DNA of 64,000 nt from a virus: positions 5,937 through 69,936 of IMG/VR virus record IMGVR_UViG_3300043436_003510, one strand, 5' to 3'. Every line of letters starts with the position of its first letter. The first letter of the stretch is position 1. This document shows positions 12,686 to 22,731 of this stretch, one piece after another. The notes under the pieces are model-generated. The model was not told the DNA's origin. It ran no database searches and was given only the letters and a program-made list of their open reading frames with translations. The position numbers and the translations under genes are program-made.

Positions 12686-13488
12686 TATGGATTCACAAAA
12701 GATATTGGTATGAGCGCAGCCGTTGCTGTGTACGGTTCAATTCTCGCAGGTCTTGGGGGGCGCACTGGTGCTGGAATTCTTTTTTTCGGCTTCTTTTTTC
12801 TAAAAGGAGGAACTCTTGTAACAACAATGTCAGGGTTTCTGTTCTCAACAAGACTTAAACGAATAATTGCCTGAGTGATTTTTCCATCTGCATTGCGCTG
12901 ACGAGCATTGATGCTCATTTCGGTGATATTAAATGCAGGCGGTCTTGCATACGGACCAAGTCTATAGTTGTATCCGCGAGTTAGGTTTCTATCAAGATGA
13001 TAAAAAACAACACTCCTGTTTGAGTATGTTGAAAAAATTCTAAGAATCTGAAGGCTTTCCTCAATGTCAAGAAAAATTCCGTCATAAGGTACTGCAACAA
13101 GAAACTCCATTGAAACTTTCATAAGCCTATGTCCACGAAAAGTAACTATTGGTGTTGTTCCTGCTCGTTGGATTTCTGCAATTTCGTCAGATAAATCACT
13201 GTAATCAATACCTTGAGGCAAAAAGGGAAAATAAAAATCGTAAACAGTATTATCTGAGTGTCCACCAGAAGGAGGCAGTAACCTCATATAAGGATTGGTT
13301 GAAGTAACCTTGTTCGGGTCTTGCGTTTTTCCTTCGGTAAATCTACCAATAGCATTCGTACTCAAGTCTCCTACTTGCAGCAAAGCAAGTCTAAACGCCT
13401 CTTTCTGTGCCTCTAGTAAAGATTCCGCAGGGTACAAAAGGCCCCTGTAGCGAAGAATGTCTTTGTTGTCTTGAAGAACTGTATACAT
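12685..13488 (-). CDS. Tail tube initiator-like protein
   Basis: Follows tape measure; I.R.G..P, ITEMSI....R...G.I.QA...LSL.E. Confidence 0.6.
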   Translation of the reverse strand: MYTVLQDNKDILRYRGLLYPAESLLEAQKEAFRLALLQVGDLSTNAIGRFTEGKTQDPNKVTSTNPYMRLLPPSGGHSDNTVYDFYFPFLPQGIDYSDLSDEIAEIQRAGTTPIVTFRGHRLMKVSMEFLVAVPYDGIFLDIEESLQILRIFSTYSNRSVVFYHLDRNLTRGYNYRLGPYARPPAFNITEMSINARQRNADGKITQAIIRLSLVENRNPDIVVTRVPPFRKKKPKKRIPAPVRPPRPARIEPYTATAALIPISFVNP

Positions 13489-13490
13489 TT

Positions 13491-16400
13491 TTAACTACCT
13501 GCCCTGCCTGTCCTGGCTCTTTGTCTAGCAACTTCCGCTTGAACCATCTGGGCAATTCTTTTAGCGGTTTTATCGTCAGTGATAAAACCAGCAACATTAA
13601 CAGTTACTCCACCAACATTGACTGGGTTGCTGTTTGGTGCAGCGACGCCACCTTCCCCGCCGTGCATATTTCCAGCGCGAGAGTGTGAATATGCTTCCCG
13701 CAGCCTTGCCTTCTCAAGCATTGACTCCATCATTACAGTATCGCCACTCATAGCCATCATAAGTTCGTCCCCATCTAAACGGCCAGCAGTTCCGTATTGG
13801 AGAAGTTTATTGATTCTGTCCGATTCTTCCGCTCCGCCTGCCTGCAAACGACGATTAATTTCCACTGTTGCAAGCGCTGAATCCTGGCCAGTCAAAGCAG
13901 CAAGAGCCCGACCCTGAACTTCTGTCTGTCCACTAGCAATTAACTGGTCAGCAAAAACCTGAGGGTCAAACAAATTCAACTTGTCAGCCTGCTCCATAAG
14001 TTTGTCAGCAACCTTATTCATTGAGCCACCAGGGCCACTAACTTTTTCAATAGTTTTCTGGAAATGAATTGTTCCTTTTGTTACATCACCTTGAGAGAGA
14101 TTCATTGAATACTCAAAAGCATCCTGAAGGAAGGAAATTATTGATTGTTCAGATGTATCCCCTTCCATAACCCTTTGTTGGGCAGCATTAACTTTTTCTT
14201 GCATTGCAATAGTTTGAAGAGGAAGTTGAAACATTGCAAGACGAGCAGTAAGAAGTTTTTGGTTAAACTCGCTCATAACTGAAGACCATGTTGCCGCAAC
14301 ATCATGCCCGCCATCGCGCATAATCTGGAAAATATCAATAATTCCATTTTTTACAAGGTCAGCACTTTTCCCTTGCTTTTCAAGTTCAGACATCAACTGG
14401 TCTGGGTCACCAAAAATTGATTCAAACGCGGAAAAGTTAGATGAAGCATTTTCCGCTTGCTTCATTGCTGCTTTAATTTCTGCTTCTCTTCTTTTAACCT
14501 CTTTTGAACCGTATTTATTTGAACCTGAAAGTTCAAGCAGTTCTTTATTCATTTTTGCGGCAGCATCAGCAATACCCTGAGTGTCCCCATCTTTGATGGC
14601 AGAATCTAACTCTGTACCAAAGTTTTTAAGAATGTCCTCAGCCGCTTTTCGTGCTGCTTTCTTTTCTTTACCAGCACTAACCCATCCACTGATACCACCA
14701 AAAACTGCTCCGACCACTGCACCAATCGCTGCACCAGGAGCCGCGCCGACTCCACCAAAAAGTGAACCGATACCAGCACCAACAAGGGCCCCCGTACCTG
14801 CGCCTGCGGCTGCTCCAGTAAGCGCACCGCCAGTTTTGCTCATTACACTGTCGTCGTTAAACAACTTGTCGCTTACAAATCCTCCAGCCTTTGAACCGCC
14901 GTATGCTGAACCGCCAACGATTGCCAAACCTCCAAGCGCGGTCGCTGCGGTAGCAGCACCACCTCCTGCAGCACCACCTGTTGCGCCAAATTTTGCTGCC
15001 AACTTTCCACCCATTGAAACAGCACCGCGACCAAGAGACATAATCCCCCTACCGCCCGCCTTCGCACCGCCTTTAGCAGTCCTTCCGAGGAACTTCCCAA
15101 ACTTGCCCTTTTTACCTCCTCCGCCCATATCCATAGCATCGTCAGCAGCACGAGAAAAAAATCCTTTTCCAGCGGCTCTAGCCTTACTAGACACAAGCAT
15201 TGCAGCAGCAAAAGCAAGAACAGCAGCAGTCAAACTCTGAACAACATCCCTAAAAGAAACAACACCAAAAGTTATTTTATCAACTACGGTCAAAATGGGG
15301 TTCAAGATTGCGTCAAGACCTTTAGCAAGCCACATAATTATTCCAACAATTTTATTTAAAGGCACAAGTAACTTTGCTAGAAAACTAAAAATGTCTCCCA
15401 TCAAAGTGAGCAACTTTGAGAGACCAGGCAACAAAGTGCCAATAATGCTGGTTACAGCATTACCAAACTCTCCGAAGCCAGTAAGAAGGTCTCCAAAGCC
15501 GCGAACAAAATCCTTTAACTTTTGCTCATTTTCAATTATGGCATCGCTGAATTTTTGGATTTTTCCATCAATGCTTCCGCCGAAAACACTAAGCAGTTCC
15601 TTGGCTATACGGCCCAAAGCATATGAAGCAGGGAGAAGAGGGCGAAGATAATCCTGAATCTTTTCAAAGAAAGACATCATGCTGCGCCAGCCGTTAACAA
15701 TCGTGTTTAGCGAATCACCAGCCTTACCGATATCCCTATTGACAATCTTGCCAATCCAGAGAGCAATCTTTTCAAAGCCGTTAACAAGACCATCTAAAGC
15801 ACTTCCCTTACCAATGGCTTCAACATTTCCACGGATAGTTAAAATCAAACCCTTGAGAATATTTACCACTCGTGGAATCTGTTTAGTCAGGGGACCGAGA
15901 AGTGGTTCACCTACCTCAACAAGGATGTTTTTAATAGAGGCAAAACCTTGCTTGAATTGACCAATAACCGTACTGTTGACGGCGTTTAATTGACCCGAGT
16001 ATTTTGCGAATGTTTCACCAAGTTCGCCTTCAAGAGCCGCTTTAGTAAACTTCTCATATGTGTTTAAACCTAATTTGTTTGCTTCATTAAGGATTTTTTT
16101 AAACCCTGGGCCCAGTTCTTTGCCAGCCTCTTTTACGGCTTCGGTCATTCTTTTGTCTTTTTGGAACTGAGCAAGGAATTTCGCCATTGCTTGCGAACCC
16201 TTCTCCATGTCCCCACCCATACCAGCGGTGTAGTTGCTCAACTGTCTAAAAACTGCTGTTGTTTCTCCAGTTATTTGCTGCTGGTCATTGAGGGTTTTGA
16301 ACGCAGCGGTAAGACCTTTTGTTCCGATAACAGCCATTGCTTGGTCATCAATAAACATCTTCATACTGGCGGAAGCGGCACGCATCGGGTCGTCCGTGTT

Positions 16401-16883
16401 GATTGTTCCTTCACTAAATGATGGAGCGAACTGGACTGCTTGAAACTGTCTCATTGCTGCCAGCGCGGCAGAACCTGCTGCGACGATTGCCGCAAAACCG
16501 TATGCGACACCGCTTAGCGACATTTCATATGCTTTTGCTAGTATTTGGCCTGATTTAAAAAGAATTCCAGCAGAAGCAATCACCAAAAGAGCAGCAGCGG
16601 CTTCAACCGCAAGGTACATGAACCCGAATTTTGCCAATTTGGCAAGAAATCCTGTTAGAGACTTGGAGGCTTTGCCTGCTTTGTTGAATGCATTGCCATT
16701 TTTACCGCTACCTCTGCCCGTTTTATCTTGAGCATCGCTTAGGTCTTTTAGAGACTTGGTGTGCTTATCAATCGTGCCCGTGCAGTCATCAACTTCTTTG
16801 CAAAGGGAGCGCAGTTTTGCCCGTACACGGTCTATGGCAGATGTGTCTGCATCAATATCAATTTTAATATTGACATCAGCCAT
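13491..16883 (-). CDS. Tape measure protein
   Basis: 1130 aa, helical Ala/Gly-rich with hydrophobic segments, downstream of the chaperone. Confidence 0.9.
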   Translation of the reverse strand: MADVNIKIDIDADTSAIDRVRAKLRSLCKEVDDCTGTIDKHTKSLKDLSDAQDKTGRGSGKNGNAFNKAGKASKSLTGFLAKLAKFGFMYLAVEAAAALLVIASAGILFKSGQILAKAYEMSLSGVAYGFAAIVAAGSAALAAMRQFQAVQFAPSFSEGTINTDDPMRAASASMKMFIDDQAMAVIGTKGLTAAFKTLNDQQQITGETTAVFRQLSNYTAGMGGDMEKGSQAMAKFLAQFQKDKRMTEAVKEAGKELGPGFKKILNEANKLGLNTYEKFTKAALEGELGETFAKYSGQLNAVNSTVIGQFKQGFASIKNILVEVGEPLLGPLTKQIPRVVNILKGLILTIRGNVEAIGKGSALDGLVNGFEKIALWIGKIVNRDIGKAGDSLNTIVNGWRSMMSFFEKIQDYLRPLLPASYALGRIAKELLSVFGGSIDGKIQKFSDAIIENEQKLKDFVRGFGDLLTGFGEFGNAVTSIIGTLLPGLSKLLTLMGDIFSFLAKLLVPLNKIVGIIMWLAKGLDAILNPILTVVDKITFGVVSFRDVVQSLTAAVLAFAAAMLVSSKARAAGKGFFSRAADDAMDMGGGGKKGKFGKFLGRTAKGGAKAGGRGIMSLGRGAVSMGGKLAAKFGATGGAAGGGAATAATALGGLAIVGGSAYGGSKAGGFVSDKLFNDDSVMSKTGGALTGAAAGAGTGALVGAGIGSLFGGVGAAPGAAIGAVVGAVFGGISGWVSAGKEKKAARKAAEDILKNFGTELDSAIKDGDTQGIADAAAKMNKELLELSGSNKYGSKEVKRREAEIKAAMKQAENASSNFSAFESIFGDPDQLMSELEKQGKSADLVKNGIIDIFQIMRDGGHDVAATWSSVMSEFNQKLLTARLAMFQLPLQTIAMQEKVNAAQQRVMEGDTSEQSIISFLQDAFEYSMNLSQGDVTKGTIHFQKTIEKVSGPGGSMNKVADKLMEQADKLNLFDPQVFADQLIASGQTEVQGRALAALTGQDSALATVEINRRLQAGGAEESDRINKLLQYGTAGRLDGDELMMAMSGDTVMMESMLEKARLREAYSHSRAGNMHGGEGGVAAPNSNPVNVGGVTVNVAGFITDDKTAKRIAQMVQAEVARQRARTGRAGS

Positions 16884-16921
16884 CTGCTACCTCAGTGCCA
16901 AGAAATGAAACCCTTTACTTT

Positions 16922-17107
16922 TTAAGTTTTTTGCTGCTCCGAATGGTCCTGCTCAATAACTTTAGCACATGCCATCCTAATGAGCCATTCCTCTTCGGAA
17001 CTGTTTAAGATTTGAATAGGGTCAGTACCAAACAACTCGCCCAAGCGAGCAGCAGTAATTACCCGCGGGTCATCTACTAGTCCGTAGTAGATTTCATCAT
17101 AGGGTCC
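16922..17107 (-). CDS. Tail assembly chaperone, candidate -1 frameshift extension (gpGT-like)
   Basis: -1 frame open from GGA CCC TAT to TAA 16922 (YDEIYYGLVDDPRVITAARLGELFGTDP...), no early ATG of its own. Confidence 0.7.
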   Translation of the reverse strand, partial: GPYDEIYYGLVDDPRVITAARLGELFGTDPIQILNSSEEEWLIRMACAKVIEQDHSEQQKT

Positions 17108-17607
17108 ACAGCATCAACGGTGTCACCGTACCCTGCGGCCTCCATAATCGCTACAGCAGCAGCCTCAATGTGTGGTTCAATCCCAAAGAAAGCCTTAACG
17201 CAATCAGGATACGGGCGAGTCGTTTCAGTCATCTTTAAGATTTCTGGAGATGCGAATGTAAGGTCATGGCCAGATTCGCCTTGGGCGACTTCGCCATTAA
17301 TCAATATTGCTGTCGTGGTGTGCGCAACAACTGCGCATGCAAACTTTACTGTGTCCATGCCGTTCTTTGTGTCTTCACCAGCATTCTTACGCCAAGCACG
17401 GATTTGGTTTTGCGTAATATTTGGCGCAATTTGAAGTGCAACACCTGGTCGCTCAGGAATGTTAATTTCCACTACTGGGCGTTGAATCTTTTTCTGAATT
17501 GCGCTCTTGAGTTTCTCAAGAACATTTTCAGAATCAAAAGATGTAGACAACAGTGAAGGGGTGTCAACATTTGTAACAACGGTGTATTCGTTTGAAGTAT
17601 CGCTCAT
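17077..17607 (-). CDS. Tail assembly chaperone
   Basis: Between tube and tape measure; ends VDPMMKSTTD. Confidence 0.75.
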   Translation of the reverse strand: MSDTSNEYTVVTNVDTPSLLSTSFDSENVLEKLKSAIQKKIQRPVVEINIPERPGVALQIAPNITQNQIRAWRKNAGEDTKNGMDTVKFACAVVAHTTTAILINGEVAQGESGHDLTFASPEILKMTETTRPYPDCVKAFFGIEPHIEAAAVAIMEAAGYGDTVDAVDPMMKSTTD

Positions 17608-17671
17608 GCTCTGAAAACTATCACAACAAAACCCGAATACGAGTAACTATCAAATGTTTTGTTTCGGCTAC

Positions 17672-18145
17672 TTAGGCGTCAGTAGGTACAGCAACCGAAG
17701 AGATGCTGAATGTCATTGCGTATGTTGCTGGCGCGCCAGAGGAAGAATCTCCATCTGACTCGGTCAAACCAACAAGAAGGGCCTTGCTATAAAAACGACC
17801 CGAGCCAGGCTCTGCGAGGTCGCAGTTATAAGTAGCGACAGTGATGTCGTAATACACGCGACCAACATATTGACGAAGCAGTGCGATATCAGCAGCAAAA
17901 TCAGAACTGTCAGTGTCAACGAAGTCAGTAAGGGTGATGTCACCGATTTCTGCTGGGGCACAAAGGGTCTCTGGGAACAACTGGCCACCACGGTAAACCT
18001 TTTCTACCGCTGCAGTAATTTCACCACCAGAAACCTGTGCAAAAGCATCAGCAAAACCACTGGTGGATAAACCGATTTTTTCCTGCCCATCTGTTATAGA
18101 GATGCTTGCGAGAACCTGACGCTGTGATGCGAATTTCTTAGCCAT
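17672..18145 (-). CDS. Tail tube protein
   Basis: 157 aa after sheath; F..VSGGEI, IGDITL, DSSSGAPA motifs. Confidence 0.8.
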   Translation of the reverse strand: MAKKFASQRQVLASISITDGQEKIGLSTSGFADAFAQVSGGEITAAVEKVYRGGQLFPETLCAPAEIGDITLTDFVDTDSSDFAADIALLRQYVGRVYYDITVATYNCDLAEPGSGRFYSKALLVGLTESDGDSSSGAPATYAMTFSISSVAVPTDA

Positions 18146-18157
18146 TAATGTCCTCCG

Positions 18158-19660
18158 TTAGACGAGCGTTGCTGTGAGATTTGACTTGATGAGGTTAACC
18201 TCAATCTTGTCACCGATACTTGAAACGCGAACACCGAGTTGTGCTTTAACTAAACCAGACTCAAGTTGAGACAATGGGTTAATCGTGTCATCAATCTTAA
18301 TCGTGTATCCGAAGTCAAGTTGTTTACCGTTGGCATCAAAGCCTTCAAAAAGGCCGCCAGCAGAGCGAATTGGCTCCATAACACCCTTGATGGCGCTAGA
18401 GATGCTCAAGTAAATTGTGCGGCGACCGTTAATCGTGGAGAACACGAGCGGTTCAAGCGCTACCTGACAGCGGTCAACGATATAGTTGATTGTATCGCGA
18501 TGAGTGATAAACCGCCACTGTGCCGTATTTGTTGAGCGTGAACGAGCACCATAAATGCGCACAGTGTTATTAATGATGCGAATTGCATTTACACGAGCAT
18601 TGTCAAGATTCTGTGCATCCGTTCTGCCCACGGCGCTTGCAAGTCCAGTGACGAATGAGCCTTCGCTTGAAATACCAGCGAACGGCTGCCATGTGCCGAC
18701 TCGGTTGTGAGCCAGTGAGCGCTTTGCTGCAACATAACCATCAGGCGGAATCGTAAGGGTCGTTCCGCTACCAGAAGGAACCTTTACCCACGGGTGATAC
18801 ATAGCGAGATACTCATGGTCTGAGTTGTCGCTTGCGCCATATGTATCCGCAGTAGCAATAACCGCACCAGTAGTTGCGCCAGAATGGAAAGACAAGATTC
18901 CAATTCTGTTATTTGCAACACAATGGTCTTTAATTGCATTCCAAAGAGTGCTGTCATCGGACCCGTCTGCAAGACCAGGAATTGATACCGCGCCAGGGCC
19001 AAAGTCTTCTATAAACAAGTCCAGAGCGTCAAGGAAGTCAGACTCCGTCTTCATTCCGTCATCACCAGAGATGAAAGCGGCGACAGCAAGGTCTGCAAGA
19101 AGGGCTGTTGGTGATGCGCCATCAGTCAATGCTGCTGTGCAGTACTTGCCGAAGGTGGAACTGTTGTTAATTGCCTCAATAGCGCTAGTCAGGCTTGTGT
19201 GGCCAGTGGTCTGAGCAACAAGATTGACAACTGGGTCTGTTCCGCCGTAGTAAAGGGTGATATCAAAGTTTTCATCGTCATTATTAACAACCGACACATG
19301 AAGACTGTCACCCCATTCGCCTCTACCGACGGCAGTGAGTGTAACGCCCGCAGCACTTGCTGGATTGGCTACAAGAACTTTAGAGGCTGCAACACCATCG
19401 TGTTCAGTAGAAGCAGAAACACGGGCAACAACAGCGCGAGCACCACCCTCTTCAAAGAAGGTGCGCATTTGTTGGTATGTGTACTTGTTTGCTTCGTAGC
19501 CACCAAAGTATGAAACATACTCTTCAAGGCTTGAAATTGCAACAGCAACACTGTCTGTTCCGCGCTCTGTCTCACCAACAATGAAGAAGGTGGATGCTGG
19601 TGCAATGCCAGCGTTTACTGGTCCAGTGCGGACTGCAGTTGAAATACTTACTCCTGGCAT
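18158..19660 (-). CDS. Contractile tail sheath protein
   Basis: MPGVSI, FF.EGG, YHPWV...PP.G, VNAIR...IYGAR, WRFI..R sheath signature. Confidence 0.95.
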   Translation of the reverse strand: MPGVSISTAVRTGPVNAGIAPASTFFIVGETERGTDSVAVAISSLEEYVSYFGGYEANKYTYQQMRTFFEEGGARAVVARVSASTEHDGVAASKVLVANPASAAGVTLTAVGRGEWGDSLHVSVVNNDDENFDITLYYGGTDPVVNLVAQTTGHTSLTSAIEAINNSSTFGKYCTAALTDGASPTALLADLAVAAFISGDDGMKTESDFLDALDLFIEDFGPGAVSIPGLADGSDDSTLWNAIKDHCVANNRIGILSFHSGATTGAVIATADTYGASDNSDHEYLAMYHPWVKVPSGSGTTLTIPPDGYVAAKRSLAHNRVGTWQPFAGISSEGSFVTGLASAVGRTDAQNLDNARVNAIRIINNTVRIYGARSRSTNTAQWRFITHRDTINYIVDRCQVALEPLVFSTINGRRTIYLSISSAIKGVMEPIRSAGGLFEGFDANGKQLDFGYTIKIDDTINPLSQLESGLVKAQLGVRVSSIGDKIEVNLIKSNLTATLV

Positions 19661-19722
19661 TCGCCATCCTCCGTTTTGGTGTTATTCAGTGGGAAACAAC
19701 ATCTACTGTGAGTATACCTAAA

Positions 19723-20028
19723 TCAATCAACTTCTTCGGGAAGTATTGAATCTTCGGCATCTTCAGTAGGGCTTACATCAACTACTGGCTCTTCTTGCAA
19801 AGTTTCAGTAGTTTCTTTTTTCTTTTTCTTAGGCTGCTCTTCAGTTTCTGCAACAACTTCAACAACATCTTGAATAATGATAAGTTTTCCGCTCTCCAAA
19901 AGAGCATCCATGTGTCCGTCTCGCTCAATAACTAAAGTGTGTCCAGGGCTAAGAAGCAGGCGGCTATGACCAACCTTGAGCACATGTTGCGCTGCATTCC
20001 ATACTGTTACTTTGTTTGACCGAGCCAT
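19723..20028 (-). CDS. Hypothetical protein with acidic tail
   Basis: ORF in neck-tail operon. Confidence 0.6.
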   Translation of the reverse strand: MARSNKVTVWNAAQHVLKVGHSRLLLSPGHTLVIERDGHMDALLESGKLIIIQDVVEVVAETEEQPKKKKKETTETLQEEPVVDVSPTEDAEDSILPEEVD

Positions 20029-20038
20029 TTGCCAACCC

Positions 20039-20623
20039 TTACCTTAAATTTTGAACTTCTATATCAACGCCAGACAAACTAGACAGCGGATTTCTATAGA
20101 CAACTTCGTTCAGACTTAAATCATAGCCTAAATATGCCCCAGCCAAGACACGGTCTCCCTTTATTAGCGTCAAATCTGAATATTCTTCTCTTAGCGTTGA
20201 CTCGTTCATCTCTGGATTTGCGTCACCAGAAGTATCGCAAGATTGAAGATTTGGGTAGTCCAGAAGGGCGGAACGCAAAACAGTTGTAAGCCTGTCACGC
20301 ATTATCGTCACTTCCTCAGAACCTTCTGTTTTAACCCAAACATATGTTCTCATTGAATAATTAACTCTATAAATAGGATTTCCGCCGTCAATAAATCCAG
20401 CCCTATCAAAGGAGTTCGTGGAAATAACTACGGTTATAACAGTGGGCCAATGGTCAAGGGCGATTGGTTCATAGGTCAAATACAGTTCAGGATTTGGAAG
20501 CGTGTAGTCGTCAACCCCCCATCCATTTCTGTATCTGGTAAGACGGTTGGGAATATCTCTTTGTAGATAATCAGTCACATATTTCTTTGCAAACTGTGGG
20601 CCTTGCATCAACATATCTGTCAT
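20039..20623 (-). CDS. Putative tail terminator/completion protein
   Basis: Position and size between neck and sheath; WPTVI motif. Confidence 0.55.
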   Translation of the reverse strand: MTDMLMQGPQFAKKYVTDYLQRDIPNRLTRYRNGWGVDDYTLPNPELYLTYEPIALDHWPTVITVVISTNSFDRAGFIDGGNPIYRVNYSMRTYVWVKTEGSEEVTIMRDRLTTVLRSALLDYPNLQSCDTSGDANPEMNESTLREEYSDLTLIKGDRVLAGAYLGYDLSLNEVVYRNPLSSLSGVDIEVQNLR

Positions 20624-21093
20624 GCTCGCCTCCTTCTTGCGCCATTGGCTGCGTCAACAATGTGCTGTTTTGCCTTTTCCGCAAGTTGTTTTGCGAATAA
20701 TGGTGGCTCAAAGACTATTTGACGCTTTGCCATTCTGGTTGTTCCGTACTGGTGGAATTTGGCATATTCAATAGATGTACCGAATTTTGCGCTAGTTCTA
20801 CGAATATCATTTGCTGGACCACGAAGTGTTGACAAATCCCTGCGTAACGCACCATTCTGAACCATTATGGGTGCCCCAGGGAAATTTCTAGACTTCCACG
20901 ATGAGTACTTTGGTTTGAGTGGCGACCATCCACCAACGGGCAGACCAGATGCGGAGAAGTTTGCAGCATTTGCTTTTGCTAGTTCTGTTCTAGCCCATTG
21001 AAAAACAACACGAAAATCCTTTGCCGCTTCTTCCATGTTGTCAAGTCGCGCCATCGCCCTTCTGGTGTCGCACCTCATCATGATTTTCATCAT
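20620..21093 (-). CDS. Virion morphogenesis protein (Mu gpG-like)
   Basis: W.PL...Y, GT...YAKFHQYGT..M..R signature. Confidence 0.8.
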   Translation of the reverse strand: MMKIMMRCDTRRAMARLDNMEEAAKDFRVVFQWARTELAKANAANFSASGLPVGGWSPLKPKYSSWKSRNFPGAPIMVQNGALRRDLSTLRGPANDIRRTSAKFGTSIEYAKFHQYGTTRMAKRQIVFEPPLFAKQLAEKAKQHIVDAANGARRRRA

Positions 21094-21720
21094 TTAGGAA
21101 ATCCTGACCCTGCGCCAGCGTTTAACGGAAAGAAGTTCTTTTTCGGTAAAACCAGTTTCAAGCGGAGCAACATTTCGTGTTTCAAGGTCTTTGATACCCA
21201 CAACATCATCATGCATATTTTGCATTTCTCTTGTCGCGGCTCGCAAAATCATCAACTTAAACATTTTGATTGCCGAACCTTCAAGACCAGCAGTGTATGT
21301 GATTGTTACTTCGTCGTTTGCGTAAGCACGGTAAACATCAATGCCGTAGCGACGAATAGTAAAATCCAGACCTTCCGTCAGGGTCGTGCCTACCGACTCT
21401 GTCTGTTGACGGACAACCACTGAATCAACACTGACGATTGGTGAATTTCTCGCATAAACCGTTGTCGGAGGCGTAAAATATGTAACAGTGTTAAATGTTG
21501 TGTCAAGACTTTCGTTATAAAAGAACGAAGATGTGGGTACGCCCACATAGTTTGAGTCCATGACATGTGTTTCGGTAAATTCAGTCGGCTCAATAGGACG
21601 ACGAAGATAGCCTTCAAGTTCACTTTGTAGACCCTCAAGAACGAATTCCGCTGCCTCCTCCTGACGGTTGGAGAAACGGATATCCATGTACTTGGTAAGG
21701 TCAGCGACAGAAACTAGCAT
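21094..21720 (-). CDS. Head-tail adaptor (gp6/gp15-like)
   Basis: LVSVADL..Y, E.YL.R, P.VSV, V.ITYTAG motifs. Confidence 0.75.
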   Translation of the reverse strand: MLVSVADLTKYMDIRFSNRQEEAAEFVLEGLQSELEGYLRRPIEPTEFTETHVMDSNYVGVPTSSFFYNESLDTTFNTVTYFTPPTTVYARNSPIVSVDSVVVRQQTESVGTTLTEGLDFTIRRYGIDVYRAYANDEVTITYTAGLEGSAIKMFKLMILRAATREMQNMHDDVVGIKDLETRNVAPLETGFTEKELLSVKRWRRVRIS

Positions 21721-21736
21721 CGCTAACTACCTCCAA

Positions 21737-22129
21737 TTATCGGCGGTTACGGCGATTCCTACGGTTTCGCTGACGGCTCTCAACATTACGCGCCGCAGTT
21801 CTCACTGCACGGCGGATTCTGCTGATAATTCCTCCACGACGCTGACCACCAGAAGGAGCGGCTGTTTGGCGACGAGCACGGCCTGCGCCTCCAGCAGCAC
21901 CACCAGCAGGGCGACGAGCGCCTCCTGCTGCGCCTCCTCCGCGTTGTGCAGCACGGCGACCAGCAAGAAGTTCAGCCTGACGACGGCGATAGTAACGAGC
22001 GTTACCAGGAACATTTCTTCCGCCGACACGACGGGGACGACGAATGAACTCGCCACGACGAACGACATTGCCGCTCGTGTCAACATCGGTTAAAAATTCA
22101 ATGTCTTCTGTAAGAAGTGAGGTGGGCAT
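21737..22129 (-). CDS. Arg-rich basic protein (protamine-like)
   Basis: Short acidic N-terminus then R/G/A-rich body ending RQRNRRNRRNRR; GAGGA RBS. Confidence 0.7.
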   Translation of the reverse strand: MPTSLLTEDIEFLTDVDTSGNVVRRGEFIRRPRRVGGRNVPGNARYYRRRQAELLAGRRAAQRGGGAAGGARRPAGGAAGGAGRARRQTAAPSGGQRRGGIISRIRRAVRTAARNVESRQRNRRNRRNRR

Positions 22130-22185
22130 CTGTGGTCCTCCGCAATAGACTTACGAAACTTTACCACATTGAGGCTATTCGCCTG

Positions 22186-22731
22186 TCATCTATCTGGATT
22201 CGGTGGTCTTTCAATGGCTGCAGAGTTAAGTTTTTCTGCAGATGGAGCCTCAACTGGCACCCATGCACGAGAATACTGATGATTAGGTATTTTGCGTTGT
22301 TTGAGAAGACCGCCAGCAAGCATAAGGTCAACCTCGTCTGGAGACATGACTAGCATTTCTTCTAAATCTTCTGAAGAATACTTGTCAGAGAGAACGATTT
22401 GCTTTAGCAACTTTGAAAAAGGTTTAGCAAAAATGTCACCCCTCGCCCTGTTTAGTCTGACATGCATGACCATTGCATCAATTTCATCAACATCAAAAAA
22501 CAGAACTGGAATCGTGTCCCCATGCTTGCGCTGAAAGGTTTTTTCTGCAGCAATAACCCAACGGTGCGTTCCGTCAATTATTGTCATATCTTCTGCTCTG
22601 ACAATAATGGGCTGCAACCAACCACACTCGTTCATGGAAAGTCGTAGTAACTCCATGTCTGGTTTGAGGACATAATTGACCCTCCAGTCGGCGGGCTTAA
22701 TAGAGTCAAAAGCCGTATATTCAATTTTCAT
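22186..22731 (-). CDS. ParB/Srx-like protein (IbrB-like)
   Basis: GWLQPIIV...IIDGTHRW, V..NRARG. Confidence 0.85.
   Translation of the reverse strand: MKIEYTAFDSIKPADWRVNYVLKPDMELLRLSMNECGWLQPIIVRAEDMTIIDGTHRWVIAAEKTFQRKHGDTIPVLFFDVDEIDAMVMHVRLNRARGDIFAKPFSKLLKQIVLSDKYSSEDLEEMLVMSPDEVDLMLAGGLLKQRKIPNHQYSRAWVPVEAPSAEKLNSAAIERPPNPDR

Noticed and set aside
9926-19660. Stand-alone contractile injection system or tailocin
   Set aside because: Terminase, portal, protease, capsid and neck genes are present, so this is a phage tail
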